Positions 10,401 to 20,132 are shown, numbered from the stretch's first letter. The stretch is DNA of 64,000 bases from Methanobrevibacter sp. (GCF_017940815.1 NZ_JAGAXX010000003.1:9963-73962), one strand, 5' to 3'. Translations and numbers: made by a program. Notes: generated by a model not told the origin, from the letters alone.

Positions 10401-13209
10401 AATTATTTTAAATAATACTGTGTCAAATATCATTAGAGACAATAATTTTGAGGTTAATGCTTCAACAGTGAAGATAATCATTAATGAAGATTCTACTGGT
10501 TCGTTAATAGATAATAATATTATGAATGCTAGATCAGATGAACTGATTTTCATTTATTCTAAAAATTCTAATAATGATATTGTCAGCAATAATAATTTAA
10601 CTGGTGTGGCAAATTCAATTTTTGGATATTATGCATCAAATGTTAAATTTGGAGAAGTTACATTCAATAATATATTTATTAATGGAACAGGCGATGTTAC
10701 AAACCAGGCTGCAGTTTATTGCTGCAATGCTTCCGGGGACAATATTGTTAGTGAAAATTATATAGTTGCATTTTCTAAAAATGCTGATGATTATGCTGTT
10801 ATTTCAATTTCCACTCCAGATTTATTCAATACTATTGTTAAAAACTTTTTAGTTAGTTCCAATGGTTCAAAACGTTCTGATTTTGCTGTTGATGGAATGT
10901 ATGATGTGGTGCATACTAATACTCCAATGGATATTTATGTCTCAGAAAACGGTAGTGACGTATCTGGAGGGGGAACAATTTATGCTCCTTATGCAACATT
11001 ATCTCATGCGGTACAAAATGCATTAAATCATTGTAAAATCTATATAATGGATGGAAATTATGTTGAATCTAACATTAAGATTGATAAAAATTTAACAATC
11101 ATTGCATTGAATCCAGGTAAAGTGACAATTAATGCTAATTTAAAACAATTGTTTAATATTGATAAAACAGGTATTCTTTCAATTTCAGGTGTTATCATTG
11201 AAAATGCACATAATGTTGATGGAGGATCTGTATTTGTAAATAATGGTAAGTTATCCATTAATAATTCAGTTATTTGCAACTCTTCATCTTATTACGATAA
11301 TTCTAATCCAATTTTTGACCACGATGTCACATATAATCGTGATGGAGACATTGAAACAGCTCACACTCTTGACTGTAGTGATTCTGGAAAAGGTGGAGCT
11401 ATTTTAAATAATGGAAATCTCGTAATAAATTCCACTGTGTTCTATAATAATTTAGGACATTGGGGTGGTGTGATTGCAGATTATGGAAAAACATCCGTCA
11501 ATTCCTCATTATTCTATGATAATGAAGGGGTTCATGGAGGTGTAATTTATACAGACTCTCAAAATGAATTAACTATTGAAAATTCAATATTTAATCATAA
11601 TACTGCATTAACATCCCTTGATTATTGTGCAATTAGGCTTGCAACAGTTGTGTGGTCCATTGAAGATGGAAATCATTATAAATATTATTCCGAATGTGAA
11701 TCTCCTGTTGGTTCTGGAGGAGTTATTTATACTAACAATACTTCAATATCCATTTCCGATTCAAGTTTTAGTGATAATTCCGCTCAAAGAGGAGGTGTAA
11801 TAGCTACTCAATGTGATAGTTTCACATCTTTATCTAAGTTTGAGTCTAAAGTAGATTTAACTTTAAATGATTGTTATTTCTTCAACAATCGTGCAAATGA
11901 TACCCGACGTGCTTTAGGTTCAGTTGATTTGGATTACTATGATTATTACAGCGGTCATGATGGTGGTGTAATTTATGGTACATACAATAAGTTACATGTC
12001 CTGTCTTCCGAATTTTATTATAATCAGGCTACAAATGATGGTGGCGCATTATATGCGAAAGCTAATGATGGTAAAATATTGGATTCTGTATTTAGAGAAA
12101 ATATTGCCGGAGTTAGTGGTGGAGCATTGGATTTAGCTAAAAACTTTATCATGATGAGAACAGTCATATCAAATAACACTGCCAGATATGGTGGAGCTAT
12201 AGAATATGACTCCTATCGTTATTATGGTCATATCCAGGATAATTTCAATATTTATAATTCAACAATATCAAATAATAAGGCATTAAATATGGGTGGAGCG
12301 TTTAACGTTGGTTCAGGAAATATTGTTGTACATGATTCTAATATTGTTAACAATTTCGCTCCAGCATATAATACTATACATTCAAAAGGTGGAAATTATG
12401 CTATTGATATGAGGTATAATTATTGGGGTGTTTCTCCAACTGGATACGAGGGACCTGATGATTCAGTTTGGAATGTCAATAATAATGAATTTAGGCCTTG
12501 GTATAGGCAATGGGTAAAATGGGAGCCTGCTGAAGTTAAAATAGATCCTGTTGACCCTACTCCTGAAGGTCCTAAAGATTCAGACTCTGAAAAGCCTGGT
12601 GATTCTAAGCCGTCTTCCGGTGGACCAAATCCGAACCCTGCTTCTACAGGTACAAGTGCCTCCACAGGTACTTCAATCGGAGGTCATGGTAATGGTAATG
12701 GTCAAGGAAATGGCAATGGTAATGGATATTCTGGTTCAGGAGATGGAACTAATTTGGGTCCTGGTGGATCAGGAACTGGTCATGGTGGTGCTTATTCAAA
12801 TTTACCAGGATATAATGCTTATAATGGCCAAAATATTCGAGGAACCTCTAATAATAATGGTTCATCTAATGTTGACTCTAAAGTAGACGGCACTGTCAAT
12901 TCCGATAGTTTAAGTAAGTCTAATAGTTCCAACTATGACGCGAACCTTGCAAGTGTAGGTATGACTTCAAATGCTGCAGCTGCTTCTTCAAGTTCTGAAG
13001 GAGGTTCACAAGGAGCAGGCGAATCAAGTTCTAGCTCTTCTGATGGTGCGGCAAGTGTTGCCAAATCTTATGAGATAACTGAAAAAATAGAGGAACTGGT
13101 CGACAATGATGTTTCAATGATGGTATTCATTGTTTTAGAGATTATTGTATTGTCTCTGTTGATAATAGGTTATAAACGTAAAGATGAAGAAAATGAAGAA
13201 AACTATTAA
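7441..13209 (+). CDS. adhesin-like surface protein with beta-helix and Pmp-type GGA(I/V/L) repeats, G/S/N/P-rich stalk and C-terminal transmembrane anchor
   Basis: 1922-aa ORF with repeated GGVIY/GGAIL/GGALY + FxxN motifs near the C-terminal third. Low-complexity stalk (GHGNGNGQGNGNGNG...SSSSSS), then MMVFIVLEIIVLSLLIIGY-KRKDEENEENY. The track start is TTG; in-frame ATC 7423 lies 5 nt after GGAGGTG. Confidence 0.9.
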   Translation: MISLILICFILVSLNIAFASNETDFNDDHLLTSDNVDVPEILTSDISEEVVSQEGHSDVLISSNKTIEITQSNYENYFDIRTGKIKESADISKGDTLKIGNISGRAFVIDRQLTLMPISSNDEISNGFIHLIKGSDGSTITNLTINNTKGTLTLRGVTVGQLHGIWLSNSNNNLISYNTIRIANTGGVYAMPMGWSSNNRIIYNDMKTYVTCNMIMGQCHNNLISHNRMEVLSYSELSVTNLIYFNPFGHADYTGSPLCEGNIISYNYLKGYCALPMSIIIQAQYASHDGTVIANNTIIKGSYGINLGGNNVSVYGNIVQDSAIGISVAGSDFTVHGNDVSGTSNQVGIQTAGTVDTNCEVFNNNITYTDVVTGLSLDNYVNAYNNRINIKGYGTGINIKGSHDTVRYNSIKNNHDMGISSLGSFNFIDNNIVTTNNVGIAIPSSSTSSRYYNNTITNNKITSESNGISITGLVYNTVITDNIIETNSTEGIYIEVTDAKSNTQLDNMVNGIILNSTAIIVNDDNFYEYFDKNGHLTYEFEENKSKVIFLTFLTNKNLFFTEKINVISNRMNNLLFNVTITFEPDSAGSLIRDFNFVNYDKEAIILNNVNDVSVARNNITDIFKKGSLSNSVILVQDVCGNSVISNNNIYVNSKVNYTYAINAPAINPSNKRMNKKLSSGFSVRGNNIIMISTGVAEAIYTDSLSDSEFISNKINIIADDYAYGIAFANLIGRLSGLNVTDNEIIIHSKEMAYLIEFHMVDNSTISLNDLYSESNGVYGISIYMSNNISINDNEITIYGGNLSEIDGISDVLGIGNSAIAIIKNSNLTSIIGNIVYTNVTEPIAFINITQDCSMNIYDNAYVIDDNNYEVYFDEDGNLYSDLIVSNSILLLNNLTKGQIMKINTPVDISSYKLPSTVSLIISGNASNMRIFNVSFINSTISLINVSNVNIIDNVFNSSNGNVLNVVGGKNNFFVHNEVYFNTTDVSGIILNNTVSNIIRDNNFEVNASTVKIIINEDSTGSLIDNNIMNARSDELIFIYSKNSNNDIVSNNNLTGVANSIFGYYASNVKFGEVTFNNIFINGTGDVTNQAAVYCCNASGDNIVSENYIVAFSKNADDYAVISISTPDLFNTIVKNFLVSSNGSKRSDFAVDGMYDVVHTNTPMDIYVSENGSDVSGGGTIYAPYATLSHAVQNALNHCKIYIMDGNYVESNIKIDKNLTIIALNPGKVTINANLKQLFNIDKTGILSISGVIIENAHNVDGGSVFVNNGKLSINNSVICNSSSYYDNSNPIFDHDVTYNRDGDIETAHTLDCSDSGKGGAILNNGNLVINSTVFYNNLGHWGGVIADYGKTSVNSSLFYDNEGVHGGVIYTDSQNELTIENSIFNHNTALTSLDYCAIRLATVVWSIEDGNHYKYYSECESPVGSGGVIYTNNTSISISDSSFSDNSAQRGGVIATQCDSFTSLSKFESKVDLTLNDCYFFNNRANDTRRALGSVDLDYYDYYSGHDGGVIYGTYNKLHVLSSEFYYNQATNDGGALYAKANDGKILDSVFRENIAGVSGGALDLAKNFIMMRTVISNNTARYGGAIEYDSYRYYGHIQDNFNIYNSTISNNKALNMGGAFNVGSGNIVVHDSNIVNNFAPAYNTIHSKGGNYAIDMRYNYWGVSPTGYEGPDDSVWNVNNNEFRPWYRQWVKWEPAEVKIDPVDPTPEGPKDSDSEKPGDSKPSSGGPNPNPASTGTSASTGTSIGGHGNGNGQGNGNGNGYSGSGDGTNLGPGGSGTGHGGAYSNLPGYNAYNGQNIRGTSNNNGSSNVDSKVDGTVNSDSLSKSNSSNYDANLASVGMTSNAAAASSSSEGGSQGAGESSSSSSDGAASVAKSYEITEKIEELVDNDVSMMVFIVLEIIVLSLLIIGYKRKDEENEENY

Positions 13210-13210
13210 C

Positions 13211-13239
13211 TTTTTCATTTTCTATTTTTTTCTTTTTTT
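13211..13239 (+). terminator. oligo-T termination region
   Basis: tttttcattttctatttttttcttttttt directly follows the stop at 13207-13209. Confidence 0.4.
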
Positions 13240-13265
13240 CAATCAAATTTGATATTTGATAAAAA

Positions 13266-13278
13266 CTTTTTTATATGA
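13266..13278 (+). promoter_or_regulatory. putative TATA box for the 2039-aa adhesin gene
   Basis: cttttttatatga lies about 60 nt upstream of the SD AGAGGTGG (13329-13336). Confidence 0.3.
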
Positions 13279-13332
13279 TTTTTTATAAAATATATAACAT
13301 TCTTGACTTTTCATAAAGTATAGTTAAAAGAG

Positions 13333-16300
13333 GTGGTTGTGATTTTATATAAAAAATTCATGTTAATATTACTGTTATTTGCTTTAATATCTTCAATGAT
13401 GGTTGTTAGTGCAAATGATTTTAATCAAACAGATATTGCTTCATTAAATCATCAAGAAACAGTTGAAGGAGATGATTTTGATGATTCTGTAGAAGAAATT
13501 CATGAATATTATGTGAGTGTTGAGGGTGATGATTTTGTTGGTCAAGGTACTTCTGAGTCCCCATTTGCATCAATTGGTTTTGCTGTAAGTGTTGCAAATA
13601 ACAATTCTAAAATTATAGTTAAAGATGGAACTTATAAAGGAACATCTAACACTGGAATTTCAATAAACAAATATTTGACTATTGAGGCTCAATCCAAGGC
13701 GACAATAAATGGTGAAAACAAATATTGGTTTTTTAAAGTTAACCCTAGTTCATCATTAATTCTTAATAATATTAATTTTGTAAATGGTAAAACTGATTCT
13801 TACGGTCAATTGGCGGTAATGAATAATGCGGGTGAGTTGATAGTAACTAATTCGTCATTTAATACAATGAGGACTTTGATGGGTACTTTTTTCAATGAGG
13901 GAAAATTAACTATCAATAATACAAGTGTGATTAATTCCTATTCCTCAAATATGGCACAAATCATTACAAATGTCGGTGAGTGTACAGTTGAAAATTCAAA
14001 ATTCATGGCGACTTCCGCTTCTTCTAATGAGATTGGGGTGACTATTTATAATTATAAAGATTTAAATATTATTAACTCCCATGTCGGATATTTACAATCC
14101 AATCCATCTTATGATGAGTATAATTACGTACCAGGCTTTGTTTATATTAATAATTCAGTTTTTACCAATTTTAAACTTGAAAATATAACTTCTAGAGTGT
14201 TTAATTCAAGAGTTAATGGGGAAGCTGTTTTAAAGGGTGTGGATGTGTTTATTGATAATGGTATATTTGTTCAAAGTTCATCATTAAGTGTATTGTCTAT
14301 CTCAGATTCAAATTTCACTGCAATGCATTCAATTTTTAATTATCGCATTTCCTCTTCATATTCAGATTTAAACATTACTTATTCAGCGATTCTAGATACT
14401 ATTTCAGGTGGTGGAAAAAGTGGTTATTTATTTGCACCATACAACTGGTGGGGATCAAATAATGGTCCTTCATTTGAATATTTCAGAAATTATCATGTCG
14501 GAAATTGGGCAGTGGCTACCTTTGAAACAGATGATGGCAATCTATCCGTTGGAACTAATTCAAAATTCATAACCTCAATTAACAAATGGACTAATGGCAG
14601 TAATATTTATAGATTTTCATCAGATGAATATTTGCCTTCTAGGTCTATATCTTTTGAATCACAAAATGGAGCATTCATGTATTCATCAGGAATATTGAAT
14701 AATAATTTCACTAATTACTTAACCAATAATATTCTTGATTGTCTGGTTTATTCAGTAGTCGATAATGAAAGAATGTCCCTTACAATAGGTAAAGGAATGT
14801 CTGCATATCAATTTTTTGTATCTCCTGATGGGCATGATGGTCCTGAAGATGGAACACTTGAAAAACCATTTTGGTCATTGCAATATGCTATGAAAATGGC
14901 AGGGAATGGTAATACAATTTGTTTACTTGAGGGGATACACAGGGCTAATCCAAATTCTAATGTTGATGTCGATAAAAACATTACAATAGTTGGATTGGGG
15001 GATGTTACTTTAGTAAGAGCAAATTCATTTACAGTATTCAATGTTAAGGAATGGGGAAATCTTATAGTTAAAAATATTAAATTTACGGTTGATATTAGAG
15101 AGTATGATGATTCAATAATTTATTTAACTGGAGGTAATGTGACTGCATTTAATTGTACTTTTAAGGGTATAACTTCTCCTTCAGTAATATTTTCAATTTC
15201 AGGCAACAAAGTTGGTGGTTTAGTAACTATTGAAGATTGTAAGTTTGATGATATTGTTGGTGCGGTTTCTAGAGGAACTGCTAAGGTATATGTGAGAAAT
15301 TCAACATTTGAGCATGCCAAAAATTATTATACTTATCAAGGGATGGAAAATTATAATGCAATATTTCCAATAACTTCGTCTATAGAGATATACGATTCAA
15401 TATTTAGAGAAAATTATGTGGGTATTGTTAATCTACATCCGTTTTCTTATTCTGCTTCTTCTGTTTTAGGTGCCTCATACTCAGAATATGCTGAAAAATA
15501 TGAAAGATATGCATATATTGAAAATACAATATTTGAGAATAATGTTTTTAAAAGCACTAGTTATACCAGTAGTGGAATTGGACTTAACACTCATGATACT
15601 TATGGAACATTCAATGGATTCATTAATAATTGTTCATTCACTGGAAACAGGGGAAAAATAGCTTATGCTACCAATATCAATGATTGTTCCTTTTATAATA
15701 ATTATGGTGAAGCATATGGTGGTGAGGCATTGGTAACAGCCTCATTAATTGAAAATTCATTATTTGAAGGAAATTTAAACCAATATGTTGATTATAACAA
15801 TGCATATGTTGGGGAAGGAATTGCTTCAGCGGATACCATTTTACGTTCAATATTTATAAATAATAGAGCATCTTTTGGTGGGGCGATTTCAGCTTCAAAA
15901 CAGGTTCATTACTGTGTGTTTGTTAATAATACTGCAAAATATTCTGGTAATGATATATATTCCTCATCAGGTGATGTTGATTATTCCAGTAATTGGTGGG
16001 GAGATAATCAAAAACCTACTACTGACAACATTTTTATTTTCTTAGGCAATTTGAAATTAAATGATTGGGTCATAATGTCTCTTGAAAGTGTATCTGGTAC
16101 TGTTGTTGAGGCTGCATTGAATAATGTGGTTGATAATGATGGTAATATTAAACCAATAGGTTATGAAATGCCTATAAGGCCAGTTTTCTTCATGATTGAT
16201 GGGGGAGATATATCTCCTAAATTAACTTATTTAAGCAATAACAAAGCTAATGCAACTATAACTTATGATGTTACTGCTCAAGATTTAAAGGTATATGCTA

Positions 16301-19300
16301 GAATAGATAATCAAATATTGGATTTGGATGTTAAAAATAGTAACACTCGTATTGTTATGAATGATGTGGCATTTAAAGGCAAGGATTTTGTATATAATGT
16401 AACTTTAATCAATGTTAATGGTCATCAAATTTTCAACCAAACATTACTCGTTGAAATTGTTGATTCAAGTGGTGGAAGTCAACTGTTTACCCTTTTGACT
16501 GATGAGCATGGACATGCTGACTTCAATATAGATTATCCTATTGGAATATATACTGTAAATATTAAGTATATGGGAAATGGTTACTTTGATAAATGTAATA
16601 ATTCTGCAAAAATTGAAGTATTGCCTTCCATTACAAGCATAACTGCATATGATGTTACTTATTACGGTAAAAACAATAATTATTATGCTATATTATATGG
16701 TGAGGATGGCAGAAAATTGGTCAGTATGCCTATCATATTCACTATTACAAATTCTAAAGGTGTATCCAGTCAAGTAACTGGATTAACTGACCATTATGGT
16801 CAAGCTGATATTATTTTCAGTCTTGATGTGGGTAAATATACAATTAGATCAGAATTTTTAGGCGATTCCTGGTATGCTCCTTGTAATATTGAAAGAATTG
16901 TTGAGATAAAACCTGTTAACTCAACAATCATTGTTCCTGAAGTTACTTTATATGGTCAAGGCAGTGTCTATAATATTACTTTAAAAGATGTTTATGGAAC
17001 ATTGATTCGTGGAGAAAATATTATTTTAACACTGTCTCAAGGGGATATTTATGATAGGTTTGTATTGACTACTGATGATAATGGTAAGGCTAGTTTGGCA
17101 ATTAATTATCTTCCTGGAACTTATAACGTTAGAGCGGAATTTGCGGGAGATGAAGTTTATGGTCCTAGTGTTAATACTAGTGTGATTCACGTTGAAAAAG
17201 TATTGACAATTGTTTCAGGATTCCATCATAGTACTATTCCATTGAATGGTATTTATACAGTTGTTTTGAGTGATATGTATGGAAGAAGAGTATATAATGA
17301 AACAATAATATTAAATTGTTATCAAGGAAAATTAATTAAATCATATCAACTTAACACGGATTCCAATGGGGAAGCTTCATTTGTTATAGATTTGGATGAA
17401 GGAAGTTATCTGGCCACTTTCGATTATGGTGGCAATGAATGGTATGCCGATGCTACCAATGCTGCAACAATTGTGGTAAGTAAAGATGCTGTATTGCAGA
17501 ATATTCAAATAAATTCTACAGATTTGGTTCAATATTATGGAGAGGACAAATTTTTCATAATTGAATTTAATGATCCTAACGCTTACAGTCAATATGGTAA
17601 AAAAATTCAAGTAGCGTTGTCTTCCCAGGAATGGTCTCAATCATATGAAGTAATTACTGATGTATTCGGTTTAGGGCGTTTAAAAATCACATTAAATCCA
17701 GGAATATATAATATTACGTATAAATACTCTAATGAGTATTATAATATTTTTGGTTCTGGTTCTAATACCATAACCGTTTATAAAATGCCAACAACAATAT
17801 TGGGCAAAGATGTTATAATGAACTATGGTGAGGCAAGGCAATATGAGATAAGTCTTAGGAATGTTAATAATGTTCCGATTAAGAATATGCAAGTTCATGT
17901 AGACATTAATGGAACAAAATATAATTTAACAACAAATAAAGATGGTATAGCAAAATTATTGCTTAATTTGGATGAAGGAATGTACACTATTACTTATTCC
18001 ATGGATAATCCAAATTACCTGTCAAGCAACGGTTCTTCAATTATTTATGTTGTTGATTCTGATAAGCTTTCTTCAAATCTCGATTCAAGTGATATAGTTG
18101 CATTAGACAATGAAACAAGTCACTTTAAGGTGATATTGTCTGATCCTATTAACAAGGGAATATCCAGTAGTGAAATCACTCTTCAAATTTACAATTTTGA
18201 TGGTGAATCTATAAAGAACATCACAAAAACTACAGATAAAAATGGTGCAATAATCTTTGATTTAGATTTAGAATATGGAAAATATGTTGCTAAAGTAATT
18301 TACAAAGGAAATGATTTATATTTAGGAAGCACTTCTATAAACACTATTGATATTGAATCTTCAGATAATAAAATCAAAACAATCATGTTTAAAGGCGAAA
18401 CAAATATCAAAAACTCAAAGTATTATGTTGTTTTATCTGATGTGAATGGTACATTGCTTGCAAATAAATCTATTACCTTTTCAGTGGGTGACAAGTATTA
18501 TTCTGCAATAACTGATAATGAAGGTAAAGCATTTTTGGATGTTGAATTATATCCTAATGTATATACTGTTAAAACAGTATTTTCTGGGGATGACACTTAT
18601 AAAAAAGTTTCAACTTCTGCTAAATTATTTGTATCAGGTGATTCAACTCAATTATTTGCTGTTAGGCTAGTTAAATATTATCGAAACGGTACACAATTCC
18701 ATGCAAGACTTGTTAATGAGTTAGGTGTAGGTTTATCTAATAAAACAATTGTTGTGCTCCTTGATAATATTTCTTATAACTGCACTACAGACGATGATGG
18801 ATGGATCTCATTGAAAGTAGATTTAAAACCTGGAAGATATAATGTTGAGTGTTATTATTATGGACGGATTCCATATGAAAATTCATTTAATCAAACAACA
18901 ATTACTGTTTTAAAAACTATTATTGGGGAAAATGCGATTAAATATTATGGTGAATCTCCTTATTTGAAAATTAAATTTTTAGCAGGTAATGGGGATTTGA
19001 TTAAAAATACACAATTTGTAATAAATATTGATGGAATCAATTATATAGCTGTAATAGGTAGTGATGGGGTATTCAATTTCAATCTTAATCTAGCTTCTGG
19101 AAGTCATGTCATAGGAGTAACCAATCCATACGATGGTTTGACTGAAAGTTTTGATCTGAATATATTGCAGACAATATTTGCTGATAAGATTATTAAAGTG
19201 CTTGGGGATAATCAATATTATTCAGTTTCATTTGTAGATAGAAACGGCACTCCTCTATTAAATTCTGAAATAGATGTAATTATTGATGGAATTAAGTATA

Positions 19301-19452
19301 CTTATAAAACTGATGATTTTGGTGAAATTAATGTTAATATGGAATTGCCTCCTAAAAGTTATCTGGTCACTGTTATAAATCCTGATACCGGAGAATACAT
19401 TGAGTGCAATATTGACGTTTTTGCACCAATTATGGAAAATAAAATATTGTAA
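13333..19452 (+). CDS. adhesin-like surface protein (two beta-helix modules, then ~13 Ig-like repeats); reading frame ends prematurely relative to paralogs
   Basis: 2039-aa ORF with signal peptide LLLFALISSMMVVSA. Two Y(V/F)VSxxGxDxxxGTxxxPFxS modules each end in NWWG(S/D)N. Ig-like repeats carry GD/GN..Y motifs. The track start GTG 13333 lies inside the SD, so GTG 13339 or ATT 13342 is more plausible. Confidence 0.85.
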   Translation: MVVILYKKFMLILLLFALISSMMVVSANDFNQTDIASLNHQETVEGDDFDDSVEEIHEYYVSVEGDDFVGQGTSESPFASIGFAVSVANNNSKIIVKDGTYKGTSNTGISINKYLTIEAQSKATINGENKYWFFKVNPSSSLILNNINFVNGKTDSYGQLAVMNNAGELIVTNSSFNTMRTLMGTFFNEGKLTINNTSVINSYSSNMAQIITNVGECTVENSKFMATSASSNEIGVTIYNYKDLNIINSHVGYLQSNPSYDEYNYVPGFVYINNSVFTNFKLENITSRVFNSRVNGEAVLKGVDVFIDNGIFVQSSSLSVLSISDSNFTAMHSIFNYRISSSYSDLNITYSAILDTISGGGKSGYLFAPYNWWGSNNGPSFEYFRNYHVGNWAVATFETDDGNLSVGTNSKFITSINKWTNGSNIYRFSSDEYLPSRSISFESQNGAFMYSSGILNNNFTNYLTNNILDCLVYSVVDNERMSLTIGKGMSAYQFFVSPDGHDGPEDGTLEKPFWSLQYAMKMAGNGNTICLLEGIHRANPNSNVDVDKNITIVGLGDVTLVRANSFTVFNVKEWGNLIVKNIKFTVDIREYDDSIIYLTGGNVTAFNCTFKGITSPSVIFSISGNKVGGLVTIEDCKFDDIVGAVSRGTAKVYVRNSTFEHAKNYYTYQGMENYNAIFPITSSIEIYDSIFRENYVGIVNLHPFSYSASSVLGASYSEYAEKYERYAYIENTIFENNVFKSTSYTSSGIGLNTHDTYGTFNGFINNCSFTGNRGKIAYATNINDCSFYNNYGEAYGGEALVTASLIENSLFEGNLNQYVDYNNAYVGEGIASADTILRSIFINNRASFGGAISASKQVHYCVFVNNTAKYSGNDIYSSSGDVDYSSNWWGDNQKPTTDNIFIFLGNLKLNDWVIMSLESVSGTVVEAALNNVVDNDGNIKPIGYEMPIRPVFFMIDGGDISPKLTYLSNNKANATITYDVTAQDLKVYARIDNQILDLDVKNSNTRIVMNDVAFKGKDFVYNVTLINVNGHQIFNQTLLVEIVDSSGGSQLFTLLTDEHGHADFNIDYPIGIYTVNIKYMGNGYFDKCNNSAKIEVLPSITSITAYDVTYYGKNNNYYAILYGEDGRKLVSMPIIFTITNSKGVSSQVTGLTDHYGQADIIFSLDVGKYTIRSEFLGDSWYAPCNIERIVEIKPVNSTIIVPEVTLYGQGSVYNITLKDVYGTLIRGENIILTLSQGDIYDRFVLTTDDNGKASLAINYLPGTYNVRAEFAGDEVYGPSVNTSVIHVEKVLTIVSGFHHSTIPLNGIYTVVLSDMYGRRVYNETIILNCYQGKLIKSYQLNTDSNGEASFVIDLDEGSYLATFDYGGNEWYADATNAATIVVSKDAVLQNIQINSTDLVQYYGEDKFFIIEFNDPNAYSQYGKKIQVALSSQEWSQSYEVITDVFGLGRLKITLNPGIYNITYKYSNEYYNIFGSGSNTITVYKMPTTILGKDVIMNYGEARQYEISLRNVNNVPIKNMQVHVDINGTKYNLTTNKDGIAKLLLNLDEGMYTITYSMDNPNYLSSNGSSIIYVVDSDKLSSNLDSSDIVALDNETSHFKVILSDPINKGISSSEITLQIYNFDGESIKNITKTTDKNGAIIFDLDLEYGKYVAKVIYKGNDLYLGSTSINTIDIESSDNKIKTIMFKGETNIKNSKYYVVLSDVNGTLLANKSITFSVGDKYYSAITDNEGKAFLDVELYPNVYTVKTVFSGDDTYKKVSTSAKLFVSGDSTQLFAVRLVKYYRNGTQFHARLVNELGVGLSNKTIVVLLDNISYNCTTDDDGWISLKVDLKPGRYNVECYYYGRIPYENSFNQTTITVLKTIIGENAIKYYGESPYLKIKFLAGNGDLIKNTQFVINIDGINYIAVIGSDGVFNFNLNLASGSHVIGVTNPYDGLTESFDLNILQTIFADKIIKVLGDNQYYSVSFVDRNGTPLLNSEIDVIIDGIKYTYKTDDFGEINVNMELPPKSYLVTVINPDTGEYIECNIDVFAPIMENKIL

Positions 19453-19937
19453 TGTATTATAATAATGGCTCATCTTATAAAGTTAAAATCATCGGTAAGA
19501 ATGGGAAGCCTGTTGGTAGTGGAGTTTTGGTTAAATTCAATGTAAATTCCAAAACATATAATGTCAAGACCGATAAAAATGGTTATGCTTCTTTAAAGAT
19601 TGCTCTTAAACCTAATAGGTATACCATTGTTGTAACTTATGCAAACTATAAAGTTTCAAATAAAATTACTGTAAAACCTGTTTTGACTGCAAAAAATGTT
19701 TCTAAGAAGAAAGGTAAGCCAATTAAATTTAAGGCAAAGCTGGTCAATGGTAAGGGCAAGCCGCTTAAAGGTAAAAAAATTACTTTTAAATTTAAGGGCA
19801 AGAAATATAAAGTAAAAACCAACAAAAAAGGTGTCGCAACTTTAAAACTTAAATTAAAACTAAAAGTGGGTAAATACACTATTAAAACAAGTTATTCTAA
19901 GTCCAAAATTAAAAATAAAATCAAAATTAAGAAATAA
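19452..19937 (+). CDS. detached Lys-rich Ig-like C-terminal module of the preceding adhesin gene (frameshift fragment, no signal peptide)
   Basis: TAATG stop/start overlap. The 161 aa align residue for residue with the C-terminus of the first gene (YY.N...YKV.I.G.NGK.VG.G...TYNVKTDKNGYA...GKK(V/I)TFK.KGKKY..KTNKKG(I/V)A). Confidence 0.75.
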   Translation: MYYNNGSSYKVKIIGKNGKPVGSGVLVKFNVNSKTYNVKTDKNGYASLKIALKPNRYTIVVTYANYKVSNKITVKPVLTAKNVSKKKGKPIKFKAKLVNGKGKPLKGKKITFKFKGKKYKVKTNKKGVATLKLKLKLKVGKYTIKTSYSKSKIKNKIKIKK

Positions 19938-19969
19938 TATTAAACATATTATTTTTTTCTTCTTTTTTT
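19933..19969 (+). terminator. hairpin AATAATAT-TAAAC-ATATTATT containing the stop codon, followed by T-runs
   Basis: Read directly: the stop TAA 19935-19937 lies in the 5' stem arm and tttttttcttcttttttt follows. Confidence 0.5.
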
Positions 19970-19990
19970 CAAAGATATTTGAATATTATT

Positions 19991-20003
19991 AAATTTATAT
20001 ATC
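19991..20003 (+). promoter_or_regulatory. putative TATA box for the 3227-aa adhesin gene
   Basis: aaatttatatatc lies about 90 nt upstream of SD AGAGGTGA (20094-20101). Confidence 0.3.
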
Positions 20004-20132
20004 ATAAATAATTAATATATATTTATCATACTTTACTTTTATTCAATTAAATTTAATCAATTTAACATCGTATGATATCAAATAAATTTTAATAGAGGTG
20101 AAATTATTAAAAAGTCAATATCGTTCCTAGGA

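Noticed and set aside
12551-12886. 111-aa alternative-frame ORF (MV-rich) in the low-complexity stalk region
   Set aside because: It is a frame artefact of the GGTAAT/GGN repeat region inside the 1922-aa ORF.
13110-13209. PGF-CTERM/archaeosortase sorting signal at the C-terminus of the 1922-aa protein
   Set aside because: There is no PGF (or similar) tripeptide before the helix. The tail is acidic (KRKDEENEENY) rather than the short basic tail of PGF-CTERM, so it is treated as a plain TM anchor.
19450-19454. TAATG overlap interpreted as translational coupling producing an independent 161-aa protein
   Set aside because: The downstream ORF lacks a signal peptide and an SD. Its sequence continues, including residues upstream of its ATG in the same frame (N-I-V), the alignment with intact paralogs. 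A 1-nt deletion explains it better.
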